Source of the DNA: Pseudovirgaria hyperparasitica
Taxonomy: Eukaryota
Length of the DNA stretch: 64,000 nt
Strand: one strand, 5' to 3'
Assembly: GCA_010093815.1 (NCBI GenBank)
Contig: ML996581.1
Positions within the stretch are counted from its first letter, which is position 1; every line of letters begins with the position of its first letter. The translations under genes were made by a program, and so were the position numbers. Below the pieces are notes generated by a model, which was given only the letters and a program-made list of their open reading frames with translations, was not told the DNA's origin and ran no database searches. Shown here piece after piece: positions 13,049 to 26,365 of the stretch.

Positions 13049-15298
13049 TCAGGGCGACGTAGGCGGATGCAGGCCCAGCCCACCGCGCGCCAGCGTAGAG
13101 CGCGGATCCCAATTAGTACTGTTTACACGATTATGTTGTTGTTGGTGTTGTTGGTATTGTTGTTGTTGTTGTTGATTTTGGTGTTGTTGTTGTTGTTGAT
13201 GGTAGGTAGTAGTGATAGAAGGTCTGGGTTTCGAAAAGTTATGTAACTGCGGCTGTGCTTGCCGTAGTGGTGGTGATGATGATGATGATGATAACGATGG
13301 TTGTTGTTGTTGTAAGGATGGTCGTAAGGATGGCGACGAAGGTGATTGCGGCAGCGATGGCGAAAGAGGTGGAGAGGATGGAGATGATGATAGCGGGCTG
13401 TGGTACGTATGCGCTGGCACAGCTACAGCCACAGCCACATCCACAGCATCTTCATCCGCATCCATTGGCGATCTGGTATGTGCCGTGCTTACATCATCAT
13501 CGTCGTGTATATATATGTCGTCGTTCGAGCTGTACTTTGCATCCCCATCAACCCCCGAAAACCACTCCCTCGTCGCCACCTTATTACTGCTCATCACCGC
13601 TGCATTAGGCCCGGGGTGGTGGGCGACCTTGAGCAGTTCAAAGGCGTGCGGGTTGTTATGTGATGCTGTGGATTTGTACATGGATGCGGAGGTAGAGCGG
13701 TGGCGGGCGGCGTCGAGAGAGACGAATTCGCGCTTTGCGGCGGAGGTGGTGTGGCGGCGGAAGAATGCCAGCCAGGCGGAGAACATGGAGGCGCGGGCGA
13801 GGAGGAGGAAGCATTGCAGGCCGACGAGCTGGTTGATGTTAGTAGGTGTGTAAATAAAAAGGGGTAAAAAGGGGTATATATAAAAAAGGGGGTAAGAAAC
13901 AGGGGGCCACTCACAGAAAGAAGGAGAAGCAGCGCAATGACAGTGGGCAAGTCGATAAACAGCGACTGGCCGAGCGCGAAGCAGCGCTCGCGATTATCCG
14001 GATTCTGCGTCAGACACGACACCCACGGGATCAGGGCCTCGAGGTCGCTGAGCAGGGTCCGCTCGGCGGTGTCGATGAAGACGAAGACGGTGGCGAAGAA
14101 GATGACGTCGACGAGGACGAAGACGACGATGAGGATGCCGCGCCACTGCAGCAGGACGACCTTGCTGACGCGGCGGTAGACGGCGCGGGCGGAGCGGGTG
14201 CGCACGCTGGTTGTGTAGGAGGGCAGACCGCTGGCGCTGCTCTGCGTGCCGGCCTTGTCGTCGTCGTCGTCGCTCCACATGTTTCTCAGGTAGACGTTGA
14301 TGCAGTATATGAATCTGGGGGAATTGTTAGATGTTAACATAATGTTACTACTACCTGACGACGACTTACGTGGCGGTCTGGGTGAGCATGGACAAGCCTG
14401 CGATGCCCAGCAGTGGGCCCCAGAAGTCTGCCATGGAGTGGATGGAGTTGACATGGCACACCTCGCCGAAGCGGAAAGACACGCCGGTTATTGTGATTGT
14501 GACGGTGAAGATGACGGCAATGAGGCCCCATCCCAATGCCTGCGCGGCGTAGAAGAACTTCCTGCCGGGCATGACGTCCCAGCAGATCTGCAGATGCATC
14601 GACAGCGCTCGAATGAAGACTTGGGGGTTTTAGTTAGCACTCTCCACGTCAAGACAGGACAGCAGTCTTACTCCACACTGTAATGGCAACGCCTCCAGAC
14701 ACGACAAACGCGCCCGAAAAGGCACATGTCAGACTGCTATACATGTCGTTTGGCGTGATCTCGTCGAAGCATTGCTCCGGCCGATGTCCCAGGGGGATGA
14801 CGAACCCGAGCTACACGGCGTCAGAATCTTGTACACGTAACGTGAACACCAAGGAGATCAGCTACTCACGGATAGTAGTAGCACACCGATAACCAGCCCA
14901 TAGCTAAGATAGTGCCGGCGAGTCTTCTCCGCCGGAAGCACGATGAACGAGGCCAGCAGAAAGACGCAAAAGACCACACCGGCAACACTGAGCGCCTCGG
15001 CAACCTTGTGCGCAATTGAAAATGCTACAACAAGTCAGTCAGTGCCGGGGATTGGTATGGAGGAGTATTTGTACGCACTTTCTGGGTACAGATAGTCTGT
15101 AGCCGGGCAGGGCAGGCAGCATTGTATGGTGCCTGCGTCGTCTAGAGAAGCACAGAACCTCCCGTCAACGTCTACGAGTGATGAGCAAATGGCCACAGGT
15201 CACGAACAGAAAGCATACGTACATCCACCACTGTTAAAATTGATCGACTGCATAAACGGAGCAGGACATAGTCCCTGGAGTGCGGTGTTGTTTGCCAT
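13049..15298 (-). CDS. 7-TM G-protein-coupled receptor, GprM-like fungal class; about 7 exons, low-complexity polyQ C-tail
   Basis: Spliced translation MANNTALQGLCPAPF...GGY|VDGRFC...CCLPCPATDYLYP|...VLPAEKTRRHYLS...|LGFVIPLGHRPEQCFDEITPNDMYSSLTCAFSGA...|FIRALSMHLQICW...GVSFRFGEVCHVN...ADFWGPLL|...VVLLQWRGI...NWDPRST. These motifs are typical of the family. Confidence 0.85.
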
Positions 15299-18200
15299 TT
15301 GATCATGCAAGAGCCAACGGGCGATCTTGATATCTCTCTATCCTCCCTCACAGCGCGGACGACATGGGGGGTCTCGTATTTCTAGCACGCTTCCAGAAGA
15401 CCGAGTTGTATGTTTATGTTGCCAGAATGTATACTAGATGGGCAAGACGGTGAGAGCATGGAGCTGGGGCGTTGATGTTCTTCGTATATTGCTTAAGAAT
15501 AGAACGAGCGTGGGTCGGCAGTTTTGAAGGACTCGTTACAGGCAGGGGGTTATTGCATGTTGGGGGAGATGAAACCGGCTTGTGATAATGGTTCACGGAA
15601 GAGACAGAGAGCGGCTGGGCCGTGTTGATATAGCGAGAGAATGTGTGTATGATGTATCAGGTAAAGGAGGGAAGACTGATATGGACAAAGGTAGAATGGA
15701 CAGGAGGCAGGGATAGTCCAGGCAGACAGGCAGACAGTACGAGGTAGCGAGGGACAGAGAGCAAAGCACAAAAGCAGACGAACAGCAGTTGACAGAGCGG
15801 GAGGGTGCAGATGAAGTAATAATATGATATGCTTACAGACAGGTACCGACCGGGAGGCCATGTGCGGCATGAGGAGTGACTGACAGGCCTTTGGGACTAG
15901 GTATGGGCAAAGGAATATCGTATTGCACACGACAGTGGAGCCAGAAGAGGTGGGGACCCCATGAGGAAGTGAATCCATAGGCTTGGGACGAGCAGCACAC
16001 GGCGTATGTAAAGGCCAATGAGCAGCAAGCATCTGTGTTACGGTGTGTACGGTGTGCGATGGTAAGTGAATCGGCATGAGGAAGCGTCAACAAGAGAGTT
16101 TAGAGGAAGTAGTGCTGAAATGGTAGAGCTTGAGCTCCACCAGCGAAAAAAGGCAGCGAGATTTGCAAGTAGAGGCAGCGTTGGCGGCCGGCGGGGTGGC
16201 TAGATCGCCGCCCAGACCCCAGCTTTACCCAATCAGTCAATAACGTTTCTAGGCGGGCACAGCGCTGTCCTGGCGCTGCCCCAAGCCCCAAAAGCCCCCT
16301 CCCAAATGGCGGCCCCTCCCCCTCCCACTTTACGCGAGTGCTCAGCCTGTCCCAAGTCCCCCAGGTGCCTAGAAATTAGTGGGAGCAGCAGCCCCCAAGA
16401 GCCCTGAGAGCCCCAAGAATTAGTGACCGACCCAGTAAAATTAGTGACGGCCCCAGTCGTCGTAGTGCCCGTTGCAGCTCAGCGTCCACTACCTTTTAGC
16501 CTCCCTCCCCCCTGAGCCACCGCTTAGCCCAGCCGCTACGCCTCCCCAACACTCGGGCTACCCTGGCGCGTCTCCCAGGCTAAACTTTAAGCTTAGCCGC
16601 AGCCTTCTCCAGACTTCACCAGACTTCAGGCCGATGAATGGATGTGTTTTGTTGATAGTTGGGAATTGATAATACATATACATATACACACATCCATATA
16701 GTACCAATCCCATACCCCAGTCCGGCATGCTCATTCGGTAATGCCCAAAGACGTATATTCACTCCGGCCGCTTGCTCCAGTCATGTTGCCCTGCAGTGAG
16801 ATGCTGCCCATGGGCCCCAGAACGCGCCCAGTTACAAATACCTATTGCATCCACAATTGAATGCACTGCTCGATTCCTACGCAGGAACAGAATAACATGG
16901 CTCATCCATCATGAAAGCATGCTACTTACCTATCACGCTGGTGTCCAATATAAATGTCATCGATAGTTCTTCCTACGAATGTCACTTTGCCACCAGTCTT
17001 ACTACCTAATTACTGCCAATCTATCATCTAACTATCTACAGCCGGCAGCTTGTCGATGGCCGCCGTACCGCAGCCCGTCCGGCGGCGACAAGGGTGGTTG
17101 ATGACGATAACCATTAGCATAAGCAGCATCCGGGTGTGGCGTCTGCAGGCAAGAAGAAAAGAAAAAGGTACAGTACCAGGTACCAGCAAGCACACAGCCA
17201 AGCAGAAGTAAAGAACAATTATCGTCAACGGACCCCTGCGACTGGGTACTACTGGCTGGCTGGCTGACTGGACAGAGCGTTCCCGAGCAATCGATAAAAA
17301 GAGATCCATCCCCAAAAAGTGTAAATGCCAACCCTGCGACAAGCGACCGACGACGACGACGCGTCAGACGGGGCGTGGAAAGGAAGACCTTGCCATGCCA
17401 TGGTGGCTTTCTCGTGATTGATGCACATCCAGTACACAATTCGCACACTGGCACACTGGACATCCCATACGATATACAAGCTGAGCTCATGGATTGGCGA
17501 TGCTCGTGTCACGTCGTGTGCGCAACCGACCTGTCAACTTGTCAATCGACCCCCCTCCCAGCTCGAGTCAATCCCGACTCGACTCCGGGCACAGCTGGAT
17601 AGGCTGTGCACGAATGGCGAGTGCTGAATGGCGAATACTGAATGCTGAATGCTGAGTGGTAGACGAGCGAGGTGATGCAGCAATAATCCAGTCCACAATG
17701 CTCGACGTCGGCGCCTAGCAGCGATCCATCGCATCGCAGGCATGGATGGTACAGCAGCAGCAGCAGCATTAAAAGGCATTAAAAAGTATCCAAATCCCGA
17801 CCAACCGTCGCCATCTGTTCGTCTAAATCTCTCGGCTGTATGGATCCACTGCGGTGGGATTCGCGAGGCGCTCCAATTGCGACGCCGCGCACGCCAAACC
17901 CGTTGATGGCCACGCGAATTGGTCCGAAGCGATATGCAAATGCCACTTGGCACCTTGCAATCGACAAAGAATGATGAGCCTCTCAATCCTGGCCTTCTAA
18001 CAGGGTGGTAGTGGCAGTGGCAGTGACAGTGACATAGAAAGGCCATGGATGGACATCGCCGACCGACGCGGCCTTGTTCGTTACGTACCGTGCCTTACCT
18101 TAACCGCCTTCCCTCAACACCCTCGTTCCTCCGAGTCTATCACCCACCCCTGGAAATCTCGTAAGCATTTCGTATTCATCCATCCCCGTCCTCCGCCCCC

Positions 18201-19249
18201 TGTCTGTCTGTCTCTCTGTCTGTCTATCCATCTGTCTTGTCGTCTATCCTTGGCGTTTCCCCCCAGCGGGGAACTTGGTCTTGGTCTTGGACTTCTTGGT
18301 CTTGGAAAAGGACAGACTTTTGTTATGCGTCGATTCCATTGTTTCCAGACGCGTCACACATTCGTTACTTAGTCAGTCAGTCATTCACACATCACGCTTT
18401 TATCTGTGTATGTGTGTATGTGTCGTGATTGACTTTTGCTTGCCGAATCTTTGCATGACTACTATGCTTGGGATCGGCGGTGGAGTCCGATGGATCTGTG
18501 GTCGAGCGAGTCAGTGTGACTGGCTGGTAGGACAATGGCACACACATCGACGACGCACGCTGTCTTGTAGATTGTACAGTGGTATTGTTGTTGTTGTTGT
18601 TGTATCTGGGCCGCGGCTGCTACAAGGCATAACATAACACCTAACCGCGCTTCTGCAACGAACAACCGGCATCCATGGCATAATGGCCATTGTCAAAGAA
18701 CGCAGAACACTATCTGGCTCTGCCGCTCCCCACTCTACTCCATCCCGGTCGACGGACGACCAGAGACCAGGTTGTGGTGTTGTCCGAGCGGATGGCGGGT
18801 CGGCGATCACACGTTGTTGGCTTCGTCTGCCGTTTGAGACGCCGATGTGACACTTGACGCTTAACACTTGGACATTTGACACACGTCTCGAGATTGTGAT
18901 TGAGACTTGGAGATGTTTTGCGTGTGTGATGACCGAGTAGTGTTCATTTCTACCAAGCGCTCTGTCGTGCCTGGACTAGACTATTACCACATAACAACTA
19001 TAATCAATTGATAAGTATGGCTATTATATTATTCACTGACCGTATACATGCATGCATGCATGCATCCATCTGTCCATTCCATTAGCTACGCTCCTTAATC
19101 ACTGATATTACCTGTTATAATATCACACTATATAGGGATGCATGTATGTTGATGCTCATGCTAGATGTCCCCACTTGCTGCTTCTAGGCTCTAGGTCCGG
19201 GTGTTTATCTAGTGTTATATGTCTATTCATATTCATGTCTGTTGATGTA

Positions 19250-19380
19250 TCCATATACGCATTAACATATCCATTGATATATCGATTAACGTATCCATTA
19301 ACATATCCATTGACATGTCCATTGACATATCCTTTGACATATCCATTGACATATCCATTGACATGTCAATTGACATGTCT
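19250..19380. repeat. Imperfect 12-bp minisatellite (CCATTGACATAT consensus)
   Basis: About 10 degenerate copies: ccattgatatat, cgattaacgtat, ccattaacatat, ccattgacatgt, ccattgacatat... Confidence 0.85.
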
Positions 19381-19758
19381 GTCTATCATCAACGCATATA
19401 TATCCACCCATCCATCCACGCATTCACCCAGCAAGCTAGCATTCAATCCTAATCCCCCCGCTATACTTCTCTACCTCCTCTCTTATAATATGTAAGACGT
19501 TGCGGCGTATGTTATACATGACTATAATTTTAATCATTACCTACCATGGTCTTATATCTATCATCGTAGACATTACATCTAACATCGCACGTGTACTATG
19601 TATAGTAGATAGGGTAGGAGAGGAATAGGATACTTATGTGTATAGCGACTACTTGTGTGCACGAATGTATGAACCCAGATATGGCACGAAAGTATAGAAG
19701 CGCGGGTATTTATATATGTGTGTCTAGATATACAGTAGATGGATTGACGGATGAGTTA

Positions 19759-19762
<4 letters not shown>

Positions 19763-19857
<95 letters not shown>

Positions 19858-19917
19858 NNNNNNNNNNNNNNNNNNNNNNNNNNNNNNNNNNNNNNNNNNN
19901 NNNNNNNNNNNNNNNNN

Positions 19918-20011
<94 letters not shown>
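19763..20011. repeat. (AGAC)n microsatellite containing a 60-N gap (19858-19917)
   Basis: Direct tetranucleotide repeat. Confidence 0.98.
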
Positions 20012-20012
<1 letters not shown>

Positions 20013-22246
20013 CATAGACACAGACACATAGAGAGAGAAAAATAGATAGAAGCTTATAGCAGCAGTACCATCTCCCTAAGAAGTCCGCTCGAGAGGTACC
20101 GTACATATTATACTTCATTCGCATTTACTATACTATGGACACAAATAGCTATAGCTATATCCATTACTCCAACCTGTAGAAATAAGACATAGCGTATAAT
20201 TCTACAGTATATATATATAAATGTATATCTCCGTATAAGTAAAACGATGTATAGAGTAGAATAGACGTAGTCGTAGACTATACAACTTCTACTTCATACA
20301 CTTAGATACGTAGCTATAATTTCACATAGACTCAAAGAAGAGAACAAGATATTTGGAGACGGACAGAAGTTACTAGAGCATGCGTGTATATAGTTGTAGA
20401 TAGAAGTAGAGTAGAGTGAAGAGTGAAGAGAGAAGAAGGGCAACCGACGGAGATATATAGAGCAGTCCGACGAATACACATGTCGTATACACGCACTCTA
20501 CCTTACTTATCCTTACTCATCGCCATGTATACATCATATCCACCCATGCACGTCAAACAGTGAATCGATCAGACGAGTTCCAGCCTCGATGGCCTAGTAG
20601 TAGTTGATGAACGGAGAGTATAGTACTACGAGACTGCTAGGTACGGGCTAAGTGCACAAGTATGTGTATGTATGGGACGATCGGGGATTATTCAACCAAA
20701 ACGTCCGACACCCGGACACCCCCTATCGTGACCTCGGAGTCTTTGGAATCCGGATATATATCTATGTACTGTAGATGGATGATTCGGCCGGTGTAATCAG
20801 GGGCTGAACAGCAGAAGTACTAGCTGAGCCACTGAGCGAGGCTGCTGCATACAAAGGCGGTTAGCGTTGTTAGTCCAGCCTTACCGTCCCTGAGACACCC
20901 AAAGGAGGAGGTACGTAAGCGGGTGCAGGTGACGTGACCTGGGGTATAATTAAACACCGTATTCCACCATCTAAGTAATAAGATCTCACGAATCTAGTGT
21001 ATTACGACAAGCTGCCAGTAATATACTATAGTACTCACACCACGACCCCGCACGCGCGCGCGCAAGATCCGGATCGCGATTCCAATAATCGCAAGCCCCT
21101 ATCGATCAGATCGGATTAGCAGGAAGAGGAGGGAAATTGCGCCCTATCGCCGCGTCGCAGCCCGTCGCTTTCTCCTTTCACCCTTTCCCTCCGCGCCCGA
21201 GTGGGAACTAGGGCAGACCTCGATCCGTCATAGCTGCGCTGGGAGGTGACCAGCGAGGGATGGTAATTATGGTAAATTGCACTTTGCCGCGCGCGCGCCG
21301 GCTGGGCAGAGAGCGAAAGCATAAGAGGCCAACGAGCAGAACGACCGCGAGCGACAAGACTTATCACTGCCCGTCCGAGACTGGCGGCGCGAGTCGTGGG
21401 GAGTCACGCAGCAGGACTGTAGCAGCTATGGCTTATATAGGAATTAGCTGGGACAGGGTCGCGAGCTATTGGCATCACCGCAATTTCGATGCCGAGCCGG
21501 TGAGGATGTGCCAGGACATGGCATAGCACAGCACAGTACTATGCAAGGCTGTGCTGAGATCAGGTGTTCAGTCCTCGGCTGTTTGACTAAAAGGATGGGA
21601 TGAATGAATGAATGAATGAATGAAGATGAAGCATTCCGAGTGGAAATGGCGAGTCCGAGAGATGGCAGCGGTGGCCACACAGAGCGCGCGAGGATGAAGC
21701 AAAGTGTAGAAAGGTGCAAGGGACGAAAAGGGACGAAAGGAGCAAAAGTGACTAAAAGTGACTTTATTGTTTTGCACATGGAGTCGTCAACGGCAGCTAA
21801 GCCGGATTGGGCTGTGTAATCTCCCCACGCACAGGGCAGGCGCAGGTACCAGCCACGCGATACCGGATGCGGGTGGTGATCGTCAGGTCCCCCAAGGCAG
21901 AACCCGCGCTATTTTGCTGTTTTCACTCCAAACTCACCAAATTCACTCCAAACCCTCCTCAACTACACCCCTGGCTTTGGTCCAATTGAGTCTCTTGGCC
22001 GCTCGTGGCTCGTGGCTCGCACGCCCTCATAACATGCTTCCATCCCGCCGCCGCTCATCACACTCTCCTCCTCCTCCTCCTACTCTTCTCTCGCCTCAAG
22101 GACTCTTGACAATCGCCAGCGACGGCTCCTCTGCTTCATCCACCGCTTCACTCGTTCAGCGGGCATTCATTACGGCCAGAAATATACACGTACACACGAT
22201 ACGACGCCCAATAATATCGCCATATCCGTCACCGTAATCACTCAAC

Positions 22247-23493
22247 ATGAAGGGTCTTCTCATTGCTGCTGGCCTCTCGGCTTCTGCTCTCGCCCACGCC
22301 GGCCACGAGCGTCACATGGAGTTCCACCACCGTAGGAACGACGAGCCAGAGCAGTGCGGCTGCACCACCTACGTGTCGACCATCCTCCACGAATACACCA
22401 GTATGTGGATACTTATACATCGCGTGACTTGAGCCAGCTCGCATACTGACCCGTGTCAAACAGCAACCACATGGATGTCTGCCGCCACCCCAGCACCGTC
22501 GCCGTCGTCCTCGCCAGCTGAGAACGGTGGACACGATTCCAACAACGGTGGACACGATTCCAACAACGGTGGCTACAGCGGTGGCTTCGCGCCCATCACC
22601 AACGGCGACAAGTGGGCCGTCACATACAGTATGTCATGAGCCATTGTCACTGTCTCACCCAGGGGGCAATTGAAACACATTCGACACCATATTCTAACCC
22701 CCCTTTTCCAGCCCCCTACCAGCCCAAGCCTGAAGGTGGCTGCAAGACCCTCGACGAAGTCCGCAATGATGTCGGCACCATTGCCTCCATGGGCTTCAGC
22801 ACACTGCGCACCTACTCGACCGACTGCCGTGGTCTTGAATTCATCGGCCAGGCCGCAGAGGAGCACAATGTTAAGATGATCATCGGCATCTTCATCAACG
22901 GTGGCGGTATCGACGCCTCGCGCCAGCAACTCAAGGACATCGTCTCCTGGGGCAAAATGTCTCTCGTCGAGATGGTCGTAGTCGGCAACGAGGCCATCTT
23001 CAACGGCTTCGTCACCGACTACGCTGCCCTCGCATCCTACATCACTGAAGTCAGGTCCACACTCGCTGGCATCGGCTACACCGGCCCCGTCACCACCACC
23101 GAGACCCTCAACATCTGGCAGAAGAAGGACGTCGCGGCTGCCCTGTGCTCTGCTGTCGACGTCGTCGGTGCCAACATCCAGCCCTTCTTCAACCCGGAAC
23201 ACACCGCCGCCGAGGCTGGCGACTTTGTCGCTTCCCAGATCGAGGCCGCAAGCTCCATCTGCCCCGGCAAGCAGGGCTACAACCTCGAGTGCGGCTGGCC
23301 AAGCCAGGGCACCGGAAGCAACGGTGCCGCCGTGCCTGGTGAGTCCGAGCAGCGCGACGCCATCTCCAGCATCCTCGCCAAGGCCGGTGGTAAGAGTGTC
23401 ATCTTCAGCTTCGAGAACGACGTCTGGAAACACCCCGGTCCCATGGGCGTGGAACAGCACTTCGGCGTCTCAGCGAAGAACCTGTTCGGCTAA
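22247..23493 (+). CDS. btgE: Secreted GH17 cell-wall glucanase/glucanosyltransferase, BtgE/Scw11-like, 3 exons
   Basis: Signal peptide MKGLLIAAGLSASALA. Introns 22401-22463 and 22630-22711. WAVTYTPY...GGCK, LRTYSTDC, VVVGNEAIFNG, VVGANIQPFF, LECGWPS, WKHPG...VEQHFG. Confidence 0.88.
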
Positions 23494-24029
23494 GCTGATG
23501 CTGATGAGGCTGGATGACTGGGTAGGGTTCAAGGCAGGGAGGTTTTTTGTATGTGTCTGTGCGTGCGTTTAGTGTTGAAATCCTTCTTTTGCTGTGAAAG
23601 GGGCGAGGAGAGACACACCTATTGCGTCTGCTAGGATACCATACCCGTACCGTACCATACCATGCTTAGCTGATCGCTGGCTGTGGCTGTCTTTATCGTA
23701 ATGTATATTTCACATTCTTGTGTGCGTGTGCGTGTGTGTGCCTCCTATGTTGCCCTATTCTTGCCTGCCTGCCTGCCTGCCTACTTCGCTGTTATGATGA
23801 CGACAACGATGATGGTGAAAGCAGACGAACGATTATCACGTTTCATCGTCTCTATATGAATATGAAATGATGTACTGATATAATATTCTGCCTTGCATGT
23901 GCATGCGCATGGTATAAACATGAACATGGCATGAACATGGCACTCACACGAGTCTATCCTGGTATCGTTGGAGATCTATAGGTTAGGTAGGTTACCAACA
24001 AAAAACAAAGAAAATACTATTGCTTCTGC

Positions 24030-25896
24030 TCACTTTGCTCCTCCCCCTGCTGCTGCTGCCTCGCCACCCGCGCGACTCTTCAACTTCATCCAGCCGTTTA
24101 CTCCTCTCCTCTCCTTTTCTTTTTCTTTTTCTCTCGCTGTCTCCTTCGTACTCTCCCCTTCCCCTCCATCATCAACCCCGCTCACCACCCCAGCACCACC
24201 CTCCCCAACCGTCATCGCCGTCGTCGCCGTAGCCGTCGTCAACACACTCCCACCCCCCCTCCCTAACCGCCGCAGTACACCATCCTCACCTTTCCGCGCC
24301 AACGACGACGCGCCAACAACAACAGGCTCCTCCTCCACCTCCACACGCATCTCCTCCTCACGCATCTCCATCTCCCTCTTCATCTCAGCCCACTCGTCCT
24401 CTCTCAGCACCTCCCACTCCGCGCCCTGCATCTCAGCCAGCAGGGCGCTCTTGACGCCGTCGACGAGTCTGGGCGCCGGGGCAAGACGCCAGGATTTCGA
24501 TGTGCCGGCGACGGGGAGGAAGGAGTGTGCTGTGCCGTGGGAGAGGTGGCCTAGGGAGGAAGAGGAGGATTTGAGCGTGGATGTGGTAGTGGGTGTGGTT
24601 GTGGTTGTGGAGGTGGAGGTTGGCGAGCGGGATAGGGGGTGCGGTTGGGCTGGTTTGCCGACTATGCGTGCGATGTCTCTGTTGAGAGGTATGGTGCTGC
24701 TAGTGGGTTGGGTGATGAGGAGGGCATACAGATTGCGGCCGAGGGGGCACATTTCCTCCCAGTTTGAGAAGTCGGCTGTTGTCAGGCCCTGCGTCTTGCA
24801 TAGCCAGGCAATGTCCCAGGCGAGCAGGCAGACGGCCTCGAGGAACTTGTGGTATGCGGTCGGGTCTTCCTTGATGAGCTGGGGGAGCGGGCGGTCGACG
24901 TAGAGGGCGCGCGGTCGGGGCAGGTGTTGGTCGTGTTCGGGGAGGGAGCGCGAGGCTTCGGGGCTGTTGGATGTGGACTGGGAGGGCGTGGTACCGGGGA
25001 AGGGCACGTTGTGGCCTAGGTAGGAGTTGCTGTGGCTGAAGATGGTTGGCCGTGGGTAGTCGCGGTGTGGGACGGTGATCTCGTTGGGGAGGCGGACGGC
25101 GAGATAGTGGGAGATGCGGACGAGGAGCATGGAGATGTTGCTGAGGGAGCTGCAGAGCGGGTCGGGTTGGGCCACTGGGGAGTTGTTAGCAGTGTACATG
25201 CCTACGCAGTGTTGAACGCCTACAATGCAGGTCTCGAAGGTCGAATATCTTGTTCTGCCCAAGGTAGTACACATCTTTGACGCTGCCGTCTCTCGATCTT
25301 CGTTTGGCGTGCTTCAAGCCCATGAGCAAGGCGGCTTCTCGACACAGGTATGCTCTCGCAGCAGCAGTCCCCTCATGCTTAACGTCCCACGCACGGTTGA
25401 TGCTGCTGATCTTCCTGCGCACATGCTCCATCTCCTTCTCTCGCCGCTCCGCAAGGCCATGTGTAGCTGACGCTATCTCAGATTTCTTCTTCGCTATGGC
25501 AGCCTGCTTACTGGCGCGCTGCTTCTTGAGCATCTCAATCTCTCGTCGGAGTTCCTCTGCCTTGTCAGTGATCATCTGCACACGCTCTCTTCCCTCCTCC
25601 GTCTCCGCCAGAACGCGGTCCATGTCGATTTTCTTAGCACACTCATGTCTGTCAATAATTGTTCCTCCCGTCGACGTTCCAAGCGATATCGTAGGTTCGA
25701 CGGAGCTGTCCGAGCCTCGCAGTGCTGAGCCTGTAGTGCCCTTCAGCACCGCTTCGACCTGCCTTGCAAGCTTCTCTTTCTCTATCAGCACGGTTGCCTG
25801 CTCGATGCGAAGCGGATATATCGAGTTTCGCGCGCACACCACACAGGTGCAGTCGCTTGAAGTGGTAAGGGCTTTGGTGCAGATATCGCAGTCCAT
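24030..25896 (-). CDS. Atg14/Vps38 (UVRAG)-family PI3K complex subunit, 2 exons
   Basis: N-terminal CDIC...CVVC zinc motif, long coiled coil, then HYLAVRLPNEITVPHRDYPRPTIF, PRPRALYVDRPLPQL, FLEAVCLLAWDIAWLC, LGHLSHGTAHSFL. Intron about 25223-25175. Confidence 0.85.
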
Positions 25897-26365
25897 GTTT
25901 TGAATTAATTTCTGTCTATGCTGCTGCTGGTGCAATATCGGAGGCTCGTCCCGGTGCGTGTGAGTACGAGCGACTAGGGCCCGGTATCATGGTGGCTACG
26001 GAATAGTGAAAGGCTGGGAATTGCTACAGGCCGTGAACCACATTTAACTAATGCGCAAAGACATGTGTTAGACTTTCTGACGGTGATAGAGGGCACAAAA
26101 GGTGGCTTTTGGATGTTATACGCAGTTATTGAAAGGATGTGAGGCCTGAGGTTCTGAGGTGACGCATGACCTTGGCCGTGCTAAAAAGTGGGCCTGACTT
26201 TGCTGTCGGCGCTAACGTTATCCCCGAGCGGCTCGTGAGCAAGCTTCCGCCAGGAACGTGCTGATGAGCCAAACATTAGACATCGACTTGCACTAGATCG
26301 AAATATAGGAACCATTGGGTGCTCACACCCACAATACAATATTAGATAGCACGGCATCTGTGAAA

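Noticed and set aside
19710..20124. ORFs of repeating CLSV
   Set aside because: Translation of the (AGAC)n repeat across a gap.
22573..24903. Long antisense ORFs (295 aa over btgE, 311 aa over the Atg14-family gene)
   Set aside because: Shadow ORFs of GC-rich coding sequence on the opposite strand.
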